Assembly (NCBI GenBank): GCA_031398385.1
Contig: JANNNE010000075.1
Location: forward strand, 13,094 to 77,093
Source of the DNA: Ideonella sp.
Lineage (GTDB): Bacteria; Pseudomonadota; Gammaproteobacteria; Burkholderiales; Burkholderiaceae_C
Length of the DNA stretch: 64,000 nucleotides
Direction of reading: 5' to 3'
The notes under the pieces were generated by a model that did not search any database, had not been told where the DNA came from, and saw nothing but the letters and a program-made list of their open reading frames with translations. Below, piece after piece: positions 18,151 to 28,743 of the stretch. Every line of letters starts with the position of its first letter. Within the stretch, counting starts at the first letter, position 1. The position numbers were made by a program, and so were the translations under genes.

Positions 18151-18661
18151 CGCCGAAGCGGGCGTGACACGGCGCGCCCTGGCCCGCCGGGCGCGGGGTT
18201 TCACGCTGATCGAGCTGATGGTGGTGATCGCGATCATCGCCATCGCCGCAGGCCTCGCCGCGCTGTCGCTGCGGGACCCGACCGAGACCCGCCTGCAACG
18301 CGAGGCGGCCCGCCTGGCCGCGCTGCTCGAAGTGGCACGAACCCAATCACGCACGCTGGGCGTCAGCGTGGTCTGGATGCCGGTCGATGGCAACGCCGTG
18401 CCACGGCCCGGAGACCGGGATGCAGCGCTGCCGGCGCAGTTTCGCTTCCGCGGCCTGCCCGACGACGAAGAATTGCCTACCCGTTGGCTGAACCCGGGCA
18501 TCCAGGTTGAAATGCCGGAAAATCGGCAGATCGTGCTCGGCCCGGAGCCGCTGATCGGCGCCCAGCGCATCGTGCTGCAGCTCGAGAAGCAACGTCTCGC
18601 CCTGGATACCGACGGGCTGCGGCCGTTCACCGTGCACACCCTGAATGCCGCCGGCAACTGA
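18131..18661 (+). CDS. gspH: T2SS minor pseudopilin GspH
   Basis: G|FTLIELMVVIAII. Follows and overlaps gspG; start ATG 18131. Confidence 0.85.
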   Translation: MSAHGNDAEAGVTRRALARRARGFTLIELMVVIAIIAIAAGLAALSLRDPTETRLQREAARLAALLEVARTQSRTLGVSVVWMPVDGNAVPRPGDRDAALPAQFRFRGLPDDEELPTRWLNPGIQVEMPENRQIVLGPEPLIGAQRIVLQLEKQRLALDTDGLRPFTVHTLNAAGN

Positions 18662-19052
18662 TCGGCATACACGCCGCTCGTTGCGGCATGGCGCCCGCGC
18701 GGCAGACGGCTTCACGCTGATCGAGGTGCTGGTCGCGCTGGCGATCGTCGCGGTCACGCTCGGCGCCGGTCTGCAGGCCGCAGGCGCGCTGACGCGTAAC
18801 GCGCAGCGCTTCAGCGAGATCAGCGAGGCGCAATGGTGCGCCGACAACCAGCTCGGTGCAATTCGCCTGACACGACAATTTCCGGACGTCGGTGATATCG
18901 AGTTCCAATGTGACCAATTGGGCCGCATCTACCTCGGCAAGCTGGTCGTGCGCCCGACACCGAACCCGAACTTCAGGCGGGTCGACGCCACCATCGGCGA
19001 CGCCCAGTCGGTGCCGCTGTTGACCGTGTCCACCGTCGTGGGGCGCCTTTGA
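18645..19052 (+). CDS. gspI: T2SS minor pseudopilin GspI
   Basis: G|FTLIEVLVAL, AQWCADNQL, PTPNPNFRRVD. Confidence 0.9.
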   Translation: MPPATDRHTRRSLRHGARAADGFTLIEVLVALAIVAVTLGAGLQAAGALTRNAQRFSEISEAQWCADNQLGAIRLTRQFPDVGDIEFQCDQLGRIYLGKLVVRPTPNPNFRRVDATIGDAQSVPLLTVSTVVGRL

Positions 19053-19756
19053 TGGCCCTGCGTCGCACGCCGCTGCCTGCGGACGCTCACCGCAAAGTCA
19101 GCACCGCCGGCTTCACGCTGATCGAGGTCCTGGTCGCCTTGACGATCATGTCGACGCTGGCCGTGATGGCCTGGCGTGGCGTCGATGGCATCGTGCGCAG
19201 CCGCGACATCAGCAATGCGCAATTGCAGCGCAGCCTGCTGCTCAATACCGTGCTGGCGCAATGGGAGCAGGATCTGGCGTCGCTGCAGGAGACGCCGGTC
19301 GTGCCGACACTGAGTTTCGACGGCGGATCGTTGCGCATGATCCGGCGCGCGCCGGGCGGCCTCCAGGTCGTGGTCTGGTCGCTGCGTTCGTCGACCGTTC
19401 TCGCGACCCCGCTGGACGGGGAGCCCCTGCAGGGCCTGGTATGGCAGCGCTGGGCCGGGCCGGCGGTGACGCTGCGCAACGCGCTTCAGGAGAGCTGGCT
19501 GCTGAGCCAGCAGTTGCAGGGCAACGAGCCGGGCCACGTCAACGTCCTCGACGGGCTGACCCAGTGGCAGATCTACTATTTCCGTGGCAATGCCTGGACC
19601 AATGCGCAATCCAGCGGCGATCGCGCGCCCGGCACCAGTTTCGTGCCGCTGCAGGTCGAATTGCCGACCGGTATACGCATGGTGCTGGAGATGGCGCCCG
19701 GCCAGCTGCGGCAGGGCAGCCTGACCCGCGACATCGTGCTGGGCCCGCAACCATGA
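19049..19756 (+). CDS. gspJ: T2SS minor pseudopilin GspJ
   Basis: G|FTLIEVLVAL...MAWRGVDG, WQIYYFRGNAWTNAQSSGD. Confidence 0.88.
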   Translation: MMALRRTPLPADAHRKVSTAGFTLIEVLVALTIMSTLAVMAWRGVDGIVRSRDISNAQLQRSLLLNTVLAQWEQDLASLQETPVVPTLSFDGGSLRMIRRAPGGLQVVVWSLRSSTVLATPLDGEPLQGLVWQRWAGPAVTLRNALQESWLLSQQLQGNEPGHVNVLDGLTQWQIYYFRGNAWTNAQSSGDRAPGTSFVPLQVELPTGIRMVLEMAPGQLRQGSLTRDIVLGPQP

Positions 19757-20793
19757 CGCGCTCGCCAGCGCCACAGCCAAGCCCAAGACAACAGCGCGGA
19801 GCCGCGCTGTTGCTGGCCATGCTGATCGTCACGCTGGTGGCCACGTTGGCGGGGGCGATGGTCTGGCAGCAATGGCGTGCAGTCCAGGTCGAGACGGCCG
19901 AGCGCGCCCGCACGCAATCGGCGTGGATCCTGGTCGGCGCACTCGATTGGGCACGCCTGATCCTGCGCGAAGACAAGGCCGGCATCGACCACCTCGGCGA
20001 GCCGTGGGCGGTGCCGCTCGCGGAAGCCCGCTTGTCGAGCTTTCTGGCGGCCGACAACAGCAATGCCGACGACGGGCCGGAGGCCTTCCTGTCTGGCACC
20101 ATCAGCGATGTCCAGGGCCGCTACAACCTGGGCAATCTGGTGTCGGGCGGCGAAGTGGTGCCGGCCGAGCTCAATTCGCTGCAGCGGCTGTTCGAGAATA
20201 TCGGCGTCTCCCCGTCGATGGCACTTGTAATCGCCGAGGGCCTGCGCGATGCCGGCCCCGGAATGCCCAACGCCGCAGCAGCGGCGGCTGCGCCGGCACC
20301 TGCGAGCGGCGCCAGCGCTCCCACGGGGGCCCCCGCAGGCGCCAAGACCGAAGTCAAGCAGCGGCAGCCGAACCCCAACCCGCCCTTGAGGCCACAGTCG
20401 ATCGAGCAGTTGGCGTGGTTCGGGGTCGATGCCGATTCGCTGCGAGGCATGGCGCCGTATGTGGTGCTGCTGCCGACGGTGACCGCGTTGAATGTAAATA
20501 CCGCATCGCCCGAAGCCATCGCGGCGGTCATCGACGGACTCGATCCGTCGGGCGCGCAACGGCTGGTGCGGGCGCGCGAGCGCAACCCGTTCAACAACGT
20601 TTCCGAGATCCGCACCGCACTCGGCGAGAACTTTGAGCCCGACGAGCGCCGGATCGGGGTCACGTCGAACTTCTTCGAAGTGAGGGGCCGCCTGCGTCTG
20701 GGCAGTCGAACCCTCGAGGAACGCTCGCTGGTTCAGCGCGTTCAACGCGAATTGACCGTCCTGACCCGGGAGCGCATCAACCTGCTGCCCTGA
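19753..20793 (+). CDS. gspK: T2SS minor pseudopilin GspK
   Basis: QRG|AALLLAMLIV (no Glu5), DHLGEPWA, ISDVQGRYNL, LNVNTAS. ATGA overlap with gspJ. Confidence 0.92.
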   Translation: MTRSPAPQPSPRQQRGAALLLAMLIVTLVATLAGAMVWQQWRAVQVETAERARTQSAWILVGALDWARLILREDKAGIDHLGEPWAVPLAEARLSSFLAADNSNADDGPEAFLSGTISDVQGRYNLGNLVSGGEVVPAELNSLQRLFENIGVSPSMALVIAEGLRDAGPGMPNAAAAAAAPAPASGASAPTGAPAGAKTEVKQRQPNPNPPLRPQSIEQLAWFGVDADSLRGMAPYVVLLPTVTALNVNTASPEAIAAVIDGLDPSGAQRLVRARERNPFNNVSEIRTALGENFEPDERRIGVTSNFFEVRGRLRLGSRTLEERSLVQRVQRELTVLTRERINLLP

Positions 20794-20942
20794 TTCGGCG
20801 CCCCGGGAAACCCTGAAACCGGCCAGCAACAAGTTCACCCGCTGTCCTACCTACAATCCGTCGACCATCCGGCGTCCGGACGCGGCCATCGTGCTGCGGG
20901 CGCCCACTCTTCGCCAAGCCCGCCAGAACGTCCACGAGCCTC

Positions 20943-22202
20943 ATGTCCCTGCTGGTCATCCAGATTCCTCCCAAGCCGCGATTGCAGGCTCGTGGCCATC
21001 GCAGTGGTTCCGGCACCGAGGCTGTCGACACACCGGCGGTTGCCGAGATTGCATATGCGTGGAGCTCCGATGGCCGTCAGGTCGAACGGCATGGCCGCGC
21101 GGCTCCGGCCCTGCTGCCGAAGGCCGACAGCGTGATCGCAGTGCTGGCCGATGTCGATGTCAGCTGGCATCGGTTGCTGATTCCGAAGGCGCCGGCCAAC
21201 CGCTTGCGCGCGGCACTGGCCGGCATGCTGGAAGAGGCGCTGCTCGACGACGCCGAGCGCGCCCACTATGCGCTCGGCCCGGGTGCCAAATCGGGCGAAA
21301 TCGGCATGATCGCGGTCACCGATGGCCGTTGGCTGGGGGAGCAACTGGCCATTCTCGACCGCGCCGATCTGCCGGTGGATCGGCTCGCCCCGGTATCCTG
21401 GCCGGTCGAACCCTCGGTCGGCCATTTCACCAGCGCCGCCGCCGCCGGATCCGGCGATGCCGTCCATCTCAGCTGGGCCGACAGCAATGGCGTTGCCGTG
21501 CTCGACATCCAGGGTGGGCTGGCGCGCGCGCTGCTGCCACCAACCATGCCGGCTGAAGTCAGATTCAGCGCGACCCCAGCCGCCGCCGCAGCAGCCGAGG
21601 CCTGGCTGGGTGCACCGGTCAGCCTGCTGACCGAACACGAACGCCTGCTCCACGCAGCCACCTCGCCGTGGAATCTGCGCCAGTTCGACCGGGCCCGCCG
21701 CAACAAGGGCAGCCGCGCCTTGCGTGACGGCTGGCGCAGCTTGCTCGGCCCCGCCTGGCGACCGGCGCGCATCGGACTGGCGGTGCTGGTGCTGGTGCAA
21801 CTGGTCGCACTGAACCTTTGGGCAGCCCAGCTGCGCGGGCAGGTGAGCGACAAGAAGGCCGAGATGGTGTCGGTGCTGCAGACCACGTTCCCGCAGGTCA
21901 CCGGCATCCTCGATGCGCCGCTGCAGATGAGCCGCGAGGTCCAGACGCTTCGCGCGCAGGCCGGGATTCCCGGCCCGGCCGATCTCGAACCGCTGATGTT
22001 CGCGGCCGCCGCCGCGTGGCCCGCGGGCAAGCCGCCAGCCGAAGCGGTGCGCTTCGAACCGGGCCGGCTCAGCCTGCCGGCGGCCGATTGGCGGCCGGAC
22101 GAAATCGAGCGATTCAATGCCCAGCTGCAGGCCGTCGGATATTCCGCCGTGGTCGCCGATGGCCGACTGCAATTGGGTCCAACGCCCAGGCGGGGGTCGT
22201 AG
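20943..22202 (+). CDS. gspL: T2SS inner-membrane platform protein GspL
   Basis: Cytoplasmic actin-like domain (LEEALLDD..HYAL), WNLRQFD, TM, periplasmic LDAPLQM. Confidence 0.88.
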   Translation: MSLLVIQIPPKPRLQARGHRSGSGTEAVDTPAVAEIAYAWSSDGRQVERHGRAAPALLPKADSVIAVLADVDVSWHRLLIPKAPANRLRAALAGMLEEALLDDAERAHYALGPGAKSGEIGMIAVTDGRWLGEQLAILDRADLPVDRLAPVSWPVEPSVGHFTSAAAAGSGDAVHLSWADSNGVAVLDIQGGLARALLPPTMPAEVRFSATPAAAAAAEAWLGAPVSLLTEHERLLHAATSPWNLRQFDRARRNKGSRALRDGWRSLLGPAWRPARIGLAVLVLVQLVALNLWAAQLRGQVSDKKAEMVSVLQTTFPQVTGILDAPLQMSREVQTLRAQAGIPGPADLEPLMFAAAAAWPAGKPPAEAVRFEPGRLSLPAADWRPDEIERFNAQLQAVGYSAVVADGRLQLGPTPRRGS

Positions 22203-22735
22203 TGGCAGCACCGCAGCAGTCTCCTCTCGTCGCCGCCGGCACGCCATCGCGCGCACAGACCCTGCGTCTGAGCGCGGCAGCCCGCTGGAAAGCACTGGCG
22301 CCGCGCGAGCGTCAGGTCCTGCTTATCGGCGGCGCAGCGGTCGCGCTGGTCGTCGCCTGGATGGTCGGGCTGCAACCCGCGCTGCGTACGGTTCGTGAGG
22401 CGCCGCCGCAGATCGCCGCGCTGGAAGCCGAGCTGCAAAGCATGCGCGCGATGGCCGCCGAAACCGGCGGCCTGCGCGGCGCGGCACCGGTCTCGCGCAC
22501 CCAGGCCGTGGCGGCGCTGGAAGCCGCCACCAGGCAACTGGGCAGCAGCGGCAAACTGGCCATCCAGGGCGACCGCGCCACCTTGACCGTCGATGCGGCC
22601 GATTCCGCGCGTCTGGCGCAATGGCTCGAACTGGCGCGCAGCGCGGCCCGTGCGAGACCGATCGAATTGCAGCTGATGCGCGGCCCCAGGGGCTATTCCG
22701 GATCGCTGGTGGTCGTCGTCGGGGGCAATCCATGA
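22202..22735 (+). CDS. gspM: T2SS protein GspM
   Basis: RWKALAPRERQVL N-terminus, TM, coiled coil, ferredoxin-like domain. Probable GTG start at 22202. Confidence 0.85.
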   Translation: MAAPQQSPLVAAGTPSRAQTLRLSAAARWKALAPRERQVLLIGGAAVALVVAWMVGLQPALRTVREAPPQIAALEAELQSMRAMAAETGGLRGAAPVSRTQAVAALEAATRQLGSSGKLAIQGDRATLTVDAADSARLAQWLELARSAARARPIELQLMRGPRGYSGSLVVVVGGNP

Positions 22736-23538
22736 GGGGCGCACGCCGCTGGGCCCTGGTCGGAGCGATTGGCGGCGCCCTGCTCGCCCTCGCGGCATGC
22801 GCGCCGGCAACCTGGCTGGCCGAGGCGGTCAATTCGGCCAGCGACGGTCGGCTGCTGCTGGCCGAGGCGCGCGGCACGGTGTGGAACGGCAGCGCGGTGG
22901 TCGTGTTGACGGGCGGACCCGACAGCCGCGACTCAAGCGCGCTGCCCGGGCGGCTGCACTGGTTGATGCGGCCCAGCATCCACCAGGGCGCCGGCCTGGC
23001 GCTGCGCCTGGGGCAGCCCTGCTGCCTGCGCGACGATGCCACCATCTTTCTGCGACCCGGCCTGGGCCGCACCCAGCTCGAGATTCCGCCGTCGGACGAT
23101 TGGCTGGTGCAGGTTCCGACCGCCTGGCTGGCCGGGCTCGGCACGCCCTGGAATACGCTCGAACTGGGCGGTCAATTGCGCCTGCGAACGTCCGGCCTCA
23201 AGCTTGAAACCGTCGAGGGCCGCTGGCGTGTGGCCGGTTCGGCGGCGATCGAGGTGCTCGAGCTCTCCTCGCGCTTGTCGACCCTGCCGACGCTGGGCAG
23301 TTACCGCATGGAACTGCGAGCCGACCCCGCCGATGCCGGCGTTGCTGGCGCAGCCTTGCTGCTGTCTACGATCGAAGGCGCCCTGCGCCTGAGCGGATCG
23401 GGTCGCTGGGACGGCACCGGCCTGCGGCTGCGCGGCGAGGCGACGGCAGCCACGCCGCAGGACGAAGCAGCGCTGGGCAACCTCCTGAACATCATCGGCC
23501 GGCGCCGCGGCGCGCGGTCAGTCATTTCGATCGGATGA
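22732..23538 (+). CDS. gspN: T2SS protein GspN
   Basis: APATWLA...ARGTVWNGSA, PWNTLELGG, LGSYR, LGNLLNIIGRR. ATGA overlap with gspM. Confidence 0.87.
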   Translation: MRGARRWALVGAIGGALLALAACAPATWLAEAVNSASDGRLLLAEARGTVWNGSAVVVLTGGPDSRDSSALPGRLHWLMRPSIHQGAGLALRLGQPCCLRDDATIFLRPGLGRTQLEIPPSDDWLVQVPTAWLAGLGTPWNTLELGGQLRLRTSGLKLETVEGRWRVAGSAAIEVLELSSRLSTLPTLGSYRMELRADPADAGVAGAALLLSTIEGALRLSGSGRWDGTGLRLRGEATAATPQDEAALGNLLNIIGRRRGARSVISIG

Positions 23539-25727
23539 ACATGCACCACCACAGGCAACCCATGCAGCGCAGTCTGGCTGCCGGCCTGATTGCCGCCTTG
23601 CTGTCGACCATGCAGCCGGTATCGCTGGCTCAGACGGCTTCGAATCCTTCGCGCTTTCGTGGCGAGCCGGTCACGCTGAATTTCGTCAATGCCGAGATCG
23701 ACGCGGTCAGCCGCGCCTTGTCGGCGATCCTGCGACGGCCGATCCTGGTCGACCCGCGGGTCAAGGGCCAGATCACCTTGTACAGCGAACGGGCGGTCCG
23801 GCCGGACGAGGCCTATCGCGACTATCTGGCCGCGCTGCGTGGCCTGGGGTTCACGGTGGTCGAGGTCGGCAACTTGTTGAAGGTGGTCCCGGAAGCCGAC
23901 GCCAAGCTGCAGACCGGCACGGTCTCGATCGGCGACACCGTGTCCCGGCGCGGCGACCAGGTGCTGACACAGATCTTCAAGCTCGACCATGAAAATGCGA
24001 ACAACCTGGTGCCGGTGCTGCGGCCGCTGATCAGCCCCAACAACACCATCAACGCGTCCGCGGGAACCAACACCCTGGTCATCACCGACTACGCGGACAA
24101 CTTGCAGCGCATCGCCAAGATCATCGCCGCGATGGACACCCCCAGCGGCGGCGATGTCGAAGTGATCCCGCTGCAATATGCGGTGGCAACCGACATCGTG
24201 ACCCTGGTCCAGCGCATGGGCGATACCGCGGGCACGCCGGGTGTTCCGGGCAGCCCGGGCGGCAATTTGCAAGTGATCGTCGATCCGCGCAGCAATTCGC
24301 TGCTGGTGAAAGCGCCGACACCTGCACGCCTGGCGAATGTTCGTGCGCTGGTGCGGCAGCTCGACCGGCCTCTGCCGGGCGCCGGCGCGATGGGCAATGT
24401 CTGGGTCGTGCATCTGAAAAATGCCGATGCGGTCAAGCTGGCCACGGTGTTGCGCGCGGCGTTCACGTCCGGCGCCGGCGGCTCCGGCGGCGGCGGCTCG
24501 ACAAGCCCGACTCCGAGCATTGGCAACACCGGCATCAGCAATCAGGCCGGCGGCACCTCGGCCACCAGTGCGGCCGCGGCCGCACCAGTCGGTGCGTCGC
24601 CATCGCCGTCGACCGGCGGATTCGTGCAGGCCGACCCGGCCACCAACTCGCTGATCATCACCGCGCCGGAGCCCTTGTACCGTCAGGTGCGCGCGATGAT
24701 CGACCAACTCGATTCGCGGCGCGCGCAGGTCTACATCGAAAGCATGATCGTCGAGGTGTCGGGCGACAACAGCGCCGATTTCGGCTTCCAATGGCAAGGC
24801 CTGATCGGCAACAGCGGAGATAAATACGGGGTCGTGGCCGGCACCAACTCGTCGATCGGCGGCCCAAGCATCATCTCGCTGGCGCAGACTATCGCCGGCG
24901 CCGGCACGACCTTGCCAGGCGAAGGCCTGAACATCGGCCTGGTGCGCAATTTTGCCGGGGCCTACAACCTGGCAGCGATCGCGCGGATTCTTCAGAGCCA
25001 GGCCAATACCAACATCATCTCGACCCCGAACATCGTCACGCTCGACAACGAGGAGGCGAAGATCATCGTCGGCAGCAACGTGCCCTTCATCACCGGCCAG
25101 TTCACCAACACCGGCACCGCCACCACCAGCCCGTTCCAGACCATCGAACGCAAGGATGTCGGCATCACCTTGCGTATTCGCCCGCAGATCGGCGAAGGCG
25201 GCACGGTGCGAATGACGCTGTTCCAGGAATCGTCGAGTCTGAGCAGCACGACCGCCCCCGGCACCAGCAATGCCGGACCGTCGACCGACAAGCGCTCGAT
25301 CGAATCGACCGTGGTCGTCGACGACGGCCAGATCCTGGTGCTCGGCGGCCTGATCGAAGACCGCTTCACCGACAACACGTCGAAGGTGCCGCTGCTGGGC
25401 GATCTTCCGTATGTCGGCGCCTTGTTCCGCAGCGAGAGCCGGACCAAGAAGCGCACCAACCTGATGGTTTTCCTGCGCCCGATCGTGATGCGCGACGGCG
25501 AAACCGCCGAACGGATCTCGACCGACCGCTACGAGAACATCCGTGCGTTCCAGCAGAACAACCAACCCAAGGAAAGCCCGTTGCTGCCGATCAAGAACTC
25601 ACCGGTGTTGCCGCCGTCTGTGCAGATCGAAGCCGCCCCACAGGTCGCGCCGACACGCGCCACGCCGCCACCGCCCCAGCCTCTGAACGCGCCGCCCGAG
25701 CCCAAGCCCGGCGAGCCCGTGCGGTGA
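23535..25727 (+). CDS. gspD: T2SS secretin GspD
   Basis: [64 protein letters not shown]. Confidence 0.95.
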   Translation: MNMHHHRQPMQRSLAAGLIAALLSTMQPVSLAQTASNPSRFRGEPVTLNFVNAEIDAVSRALSAILRRPILVDPRVKGQITLYSERAVRPDEAYRDYLAALRGLGFTVVEVGNLLKVVPEADAKLQTGTVSIGDTVSRRGDQVLTQIFKLDHENANNLVPVLRPLISPNNTINASAGTNTLVITDYADNLQRIAKIIAAMDTPSGGDVEVIPLQYAVATDIVTLVQRMGDTAGTPGVPGSPGGNLQVIVDPRSNSLLVKAPTPARLANVRALVRQLDRPLPGAGAMGNVWVVHLKNADAVKLATVLRAAFTSGAGGSGGGGSTSPTPSIGNTGISNQAGGTSATSAAAAAPVGASPSPSTGGFVQADPATNSLIITAPEPLYRQVRAMIDQLDSRRAQVYIESMIVEVSGDNSADFGFQWQGLIGNSGDKYGVVAGTNSSIGGPSIISLAQTIAGAGTTLPGEGLNIGLVRNFAGAYNLAAIARILQSQANTNIISTPNIVTLDNEEAKIIVGSNVPFITGQFTNTGTATTSPFQTIERKDVGITLRIRPQIGEGGTVRMTLFQESSSLSSTTAPGTSNAGPSTDKRSIESTVVVDDGQILVLGGLIEDRFTDNTSKVPLLGDLPYVGALFRSESRTKKRTNLMVFLRPIVMRDGETAERISTDRYENIRAFQQNNQPKESPLLPIKNSPVLPPSVQIEAAPQVAPTRATPPPPQPLNAPPEPKPGEPVR

Positions 25728-25776
25728 GCGGCGCACGCCTGCCTCGCGCATCGACCCGCCGGCCGAGGAGCACCTG

Positions 25777-27198
25777 ATGTCGACCCGCCATCCCTTGCCC
25801 TATGGGTTTGCGCGCGCCAATTCCCTGCTGCTCGAGGACGACGGCGATCACCTGGTGTTGTGGGCACCTGAAAACGCCAGCATGCCGGCGTTGTCTGAGG
25901 TGTTGCGCAATTACCAGATCGACCGCATCGAACACGAATCGGCCGCCACCCTCGGGCAGCGAATCGCATCGGCCTATGCCGGCAGCGAATCGAGCGCCGC
26001 CACCGTGATCGGCGAAGTCGAAAGTGCGGTCGACCTGACCCGCATGATGCAGGAGCTGCCGGCGGTCGAAGACCTCTTGGAAGCCGCCAACGATGCGCCG
26101 ATCATCCGGATGCTGAATGCGCTGCTGACGCAGGCGGCGAAAGACGGCGCCAGCGACATCCACATCGAACCGTACGAGCGCAGCAGCTCGGTGCGTTTTC
26201 GGGTCGACGGCAAGCTGCGCGAGGTGGTGCAACCGAACAAGGCGCTGCATGCGGCGCTGATCTCACGGCTGAAGATCATGGCCGAACTCGACATCGCCGA
26301 GCGACGTCTGCCGCAGGACGGCCGCATCTCGCTGCGCATCGGTGGTCGAGCGGTCGATGTGCGGGTCTCGACCCTGCCGTCGGCGCACGGCGAGCGCGCG
26401 GTGCTGCGGCTGCTCGACAAGGGCGAAGCCAAGTTCACGCTTGAAAGCCTGGGCATGAGCGGTGAAGAACTGCGCCAGTTCGACCGCCTGGTTCAGCAAC
26501 CGCACGGCATCGTGCTGGTAACCGGGCCGACCGGTTCGGGCAAGACGACCACGCTGTATGCCTCACTGGGCCGCATCGATACCGGGTCGATCAATGTGCT
26601 GACGGTGGAGGATCCGGTCGAATACGAGTTGCCGGGGATCGGCCAGACGCAGGTCAATCCGAAGATCGACCTGACCTTCGCGAAAGCCTTGCGCGCCATC
26701 CTGCGTCAGGATCCGGACGTCATCATGATCGGCGAGATCCGAGACTACGAGACCGCACAAATCGCAATCCAGGCCTCGCTGACCGGTCACCTGGTACTGG
26801 CGACGCTGCACACCAACGATGCGCCGAGCGCCGTCACCCGATTGACCGACATGGGCGTCGAGCCCTTCCTGCTGAGCTCGAGCCTGCTGGGTGTGCTGGC
26901 GCAGCGCCTGGTTCGCAAGCTGTGCCCAAGCTGTCGGCGCCAGGATGAACAAGGCCTGTACCACCCGGTTGGCTGTGCGGTCTGCGCGCAAAGCGGCTAC
27001 AAGGGTCGCACAGGCGTGTATGAATTGATGATCGCCAACGACACCGTGCGCAGCCTGATCCACGGCCAGGCCGCGGAATCCGAGTTGATTGCGGCCGCCC
27101 GCAAAGGCGGCATGAATTCGATGCGCGAAGATGGCGAGCGGCTGGTACGCAGCGGTGTCACATCGGCCGAAGAAGTGGTCCGGGTCACGCGCGAATAA
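25777..27198 (+). CDS. gspE: T2SS ATPase GspE
   Basis: [39 protein letters not shown], His box, CPSC...CAVC zinc motif. Confidence 0.95.
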   Translation: MSTRHPLPYGFARANSLLLEDDGDHLVLWAPENASMPALSEVLRNYQIDRIEHESAATLGQRIASAYAGSESSAATVIGEVESAVDLTRMMQELPAVEDLLEAANDAPIIRMLNALLTQAAKDGASDIHIEPYERSSSVRFRVDGKLREVVQPNKALHAALISRLKIMAELDIAERRLPQDGRISLRIGGRAVDVRVSTLPSAHGERAVLRLLDKGEAKFTLESLGMSGEELRQFDRLVQQPHGIVLVTGPTGSGKTTTLYASLGRIDTGSINVLTVEDPVEYELPGIGQTQVNPKIDLTFAKALRAILRQDPDVIMIGEIRDYETAQIAIQASLTGHLVLATLHTNDAPSAVTRLTDMGVEPFLLSSSLLGVLAQRLVRKLCPSCRRQDEQGLYHPVGCAVCAQSGYKGRTGVYELMIANDTVRSLIHGQAAESELIAAARKGGMNSMREDGERLVRSGVTSAEEVVRVTRE

Positions 27199-28416
27199 AT
27201 GCCCGCCTACCGCTACGAGGCGCTCGACGCCGCCGGCAAGACTTCGACCGGACTGCTCGAAGCCGACAACGCCCGCGCCGCGCGTTCCCAGCTGCGCGCG
27301 CAATCGCTGGTGCCGATGGACGTCAAGCAGGTCGCGTCGACCGGTACATCGTCCGGCAGCGGCCTGCAGCTGACGCGGCGCGTCTTCAACACCACCGGGC
27401 TGACGGTCTGGACCCGCCAGCTGGCCGGCCTGGTGGGCAGCGGTTTGCCGCTCGAACGCGCACTCACCGCACTTGGCGACGAGGCCGAGGACAACCGCCA
27501 GCGCGAACTGGTGGCGCACCTGCGCGCCGAAGTGAACGGCGGCTCGACCTTCGCCCGTGCGTTGGCCACCGCGCCGCGCGAATTCGACGAGGTCTACCGC
27601 GGCGTGGTCGCGGCGGGTGAACAAAGCGGCGCGCTGGGGCAGGTGCTAGAGCGTCTGGCCGACGATCTCGAGGAGCGCCAGGCACTGCGCGCCAAATTGA
27701 TCGGCGCCACGCTGTATCCGGCCATCGTGTCGCTGATCGCAGTCGTCATCGTGGTGTTTCTGGTCACCTATGTTGTGCCGCAGGTGGCGTCGGTCTTCAC
27801 CAGCTCGAAACGCGCGCTACCGGCCTTGACCGTCGCGATGCTGGCGATCAGCGCCTTCCTGCGCGGCTACGGCTGGCTGCTGGTGCTGGGACTGATCGGC
27901 GGCACCACAACCCTGTTGCTGATGTTGCGCAATCCGGCATTCCGGCTGCGCTTCGACGCCGCCTGGCTCAGGCTGCCGCTGATCGGCCGGCTGGCGCGCG
28001 GCTACAACGCCGCCCGTTTTGCCGGCACACTCGCGATGCTGGCCGGCGCCGGTGTGCCGATCCTCAAGGCGCTGCAGGCGGCGGCAGAGACACTCTCGAA
28101 CCGCGCGATGCAGGCCGACGCAATGGAGGCTTTGGTGCTGGTGCGCGAAGGCGCGCCACTGGCTTCGGCGCTGGCCGGCAAAAAACGCTTTCCGGGACTG
28201 CTGGCGATGTTTTCCCGCCTGGGCGAGCAGACCGGCCAGTTGCCGCGCATGCTCGACCGCGCGGCCACCCAGTTGTCGGCCGAAGTCCAGCGACGCGCGC
28301 TGCAGATGGCAACCATCCTCGAGCCCCTGCTGATCGTCGCGATGGGCGGTGTTGTCATGCTGATCGTGCTGGCGGTGCTGCTGCCGATCATTCAGCTCAA
28401 TACCTGGGTCAAATAA
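27199..28416 (+). CDS. gspF: T2SS inner-membrane protein GspF
   Basis: MPAYRYEALD, TRQLAGLVGSGLPLE, AGEQSG, LYPAIV, LEPLLIVAMG. Confidence 0.95.
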   Translation: MPAYRYEALDAAGKTSTGLLEADNARAARSQLRAQSLVPMDVKQVASTGTSSGSGLQLTRRVFNTTGLTVWTRQLAGLVGSGLPLERALTALGDEAEDNRQRELVAHLRAEVNGGSTFARALATAPREFDEVYRGVVAAGEQSGALGQVLERLADDLEERQALRAKLIGATLYPAIVSLIAVVIVVFLVTYVVPQVASVFTSSKRALPALTVAMLAISAFLRGYGWLLVLGLIGGTTTLLLMLRNPAFRLRFDAAWLRLPLIGRLARGYNAARFAGTLAMLAGAGVPILKALQAAAETLSNRAMQADAMEALVLVREGAPLASALAGKKRFPGLLAMFSRLGEQTGQLPRMLDRAATQLSAEVQRRALQMATILEPLLIVAMGGVVMLIVLAVLLPIIQLNTWVK

Positions 28417-28449
28417 GGCCCATCCCTCTTGCGTCCTGGCGTCGATTCC

Positions 28450-28470
28450 GTAGGAGCGGCTTCAGCCGCG
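28450..28470. repeat. GTAG-type REP-like palindrome
   Basis: GTAGGA-GCGGCT-TC-AGCCGC-G. A near-identical copy lies at 56740-56760. Confidence 0.65.
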
Positions 28471-28626
28471 CTTGCTTCGCAAACGCTCGGTGCTCACCAC
28501 ACCGCCGCCAACACTGGCACGCAACCTGCATCCGATGGACTGTCAACCAATCGCCCCGCTTCTCGGTTGTTCGCTAAAGCGCGATACTGGTTCAATCCAG
28601 TGTGGAGTTCGGCATTTGGAGGTTCA

Positions 28627-28743
28627 ATGGCTGTCACGTTCCATGACCCGCTCACGGTTCTCTGGCTCCGGCTCGGGCCTTGTCGATCGTGTTTGACTGG
28701 CTCGCTGGCCGGGCGCCGCGCCGGGAGCCTGCCATGTCGATAA
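28627..28743 (+). CDS. 38-codon ORF upstream of the AAA ATPase (uORF, or frameshifted N-terminus of the ATPase)
   Basis: GGAGG SD at 28618-28622; MAVTFHDPLTVLWLRLGP...; GC-rich third positions over the first 18 codons. Confidence 0.4.
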   Translation: MAVTFHDPLTVLWLRLGPCRSCLTGSLAGRRAGSLPCR

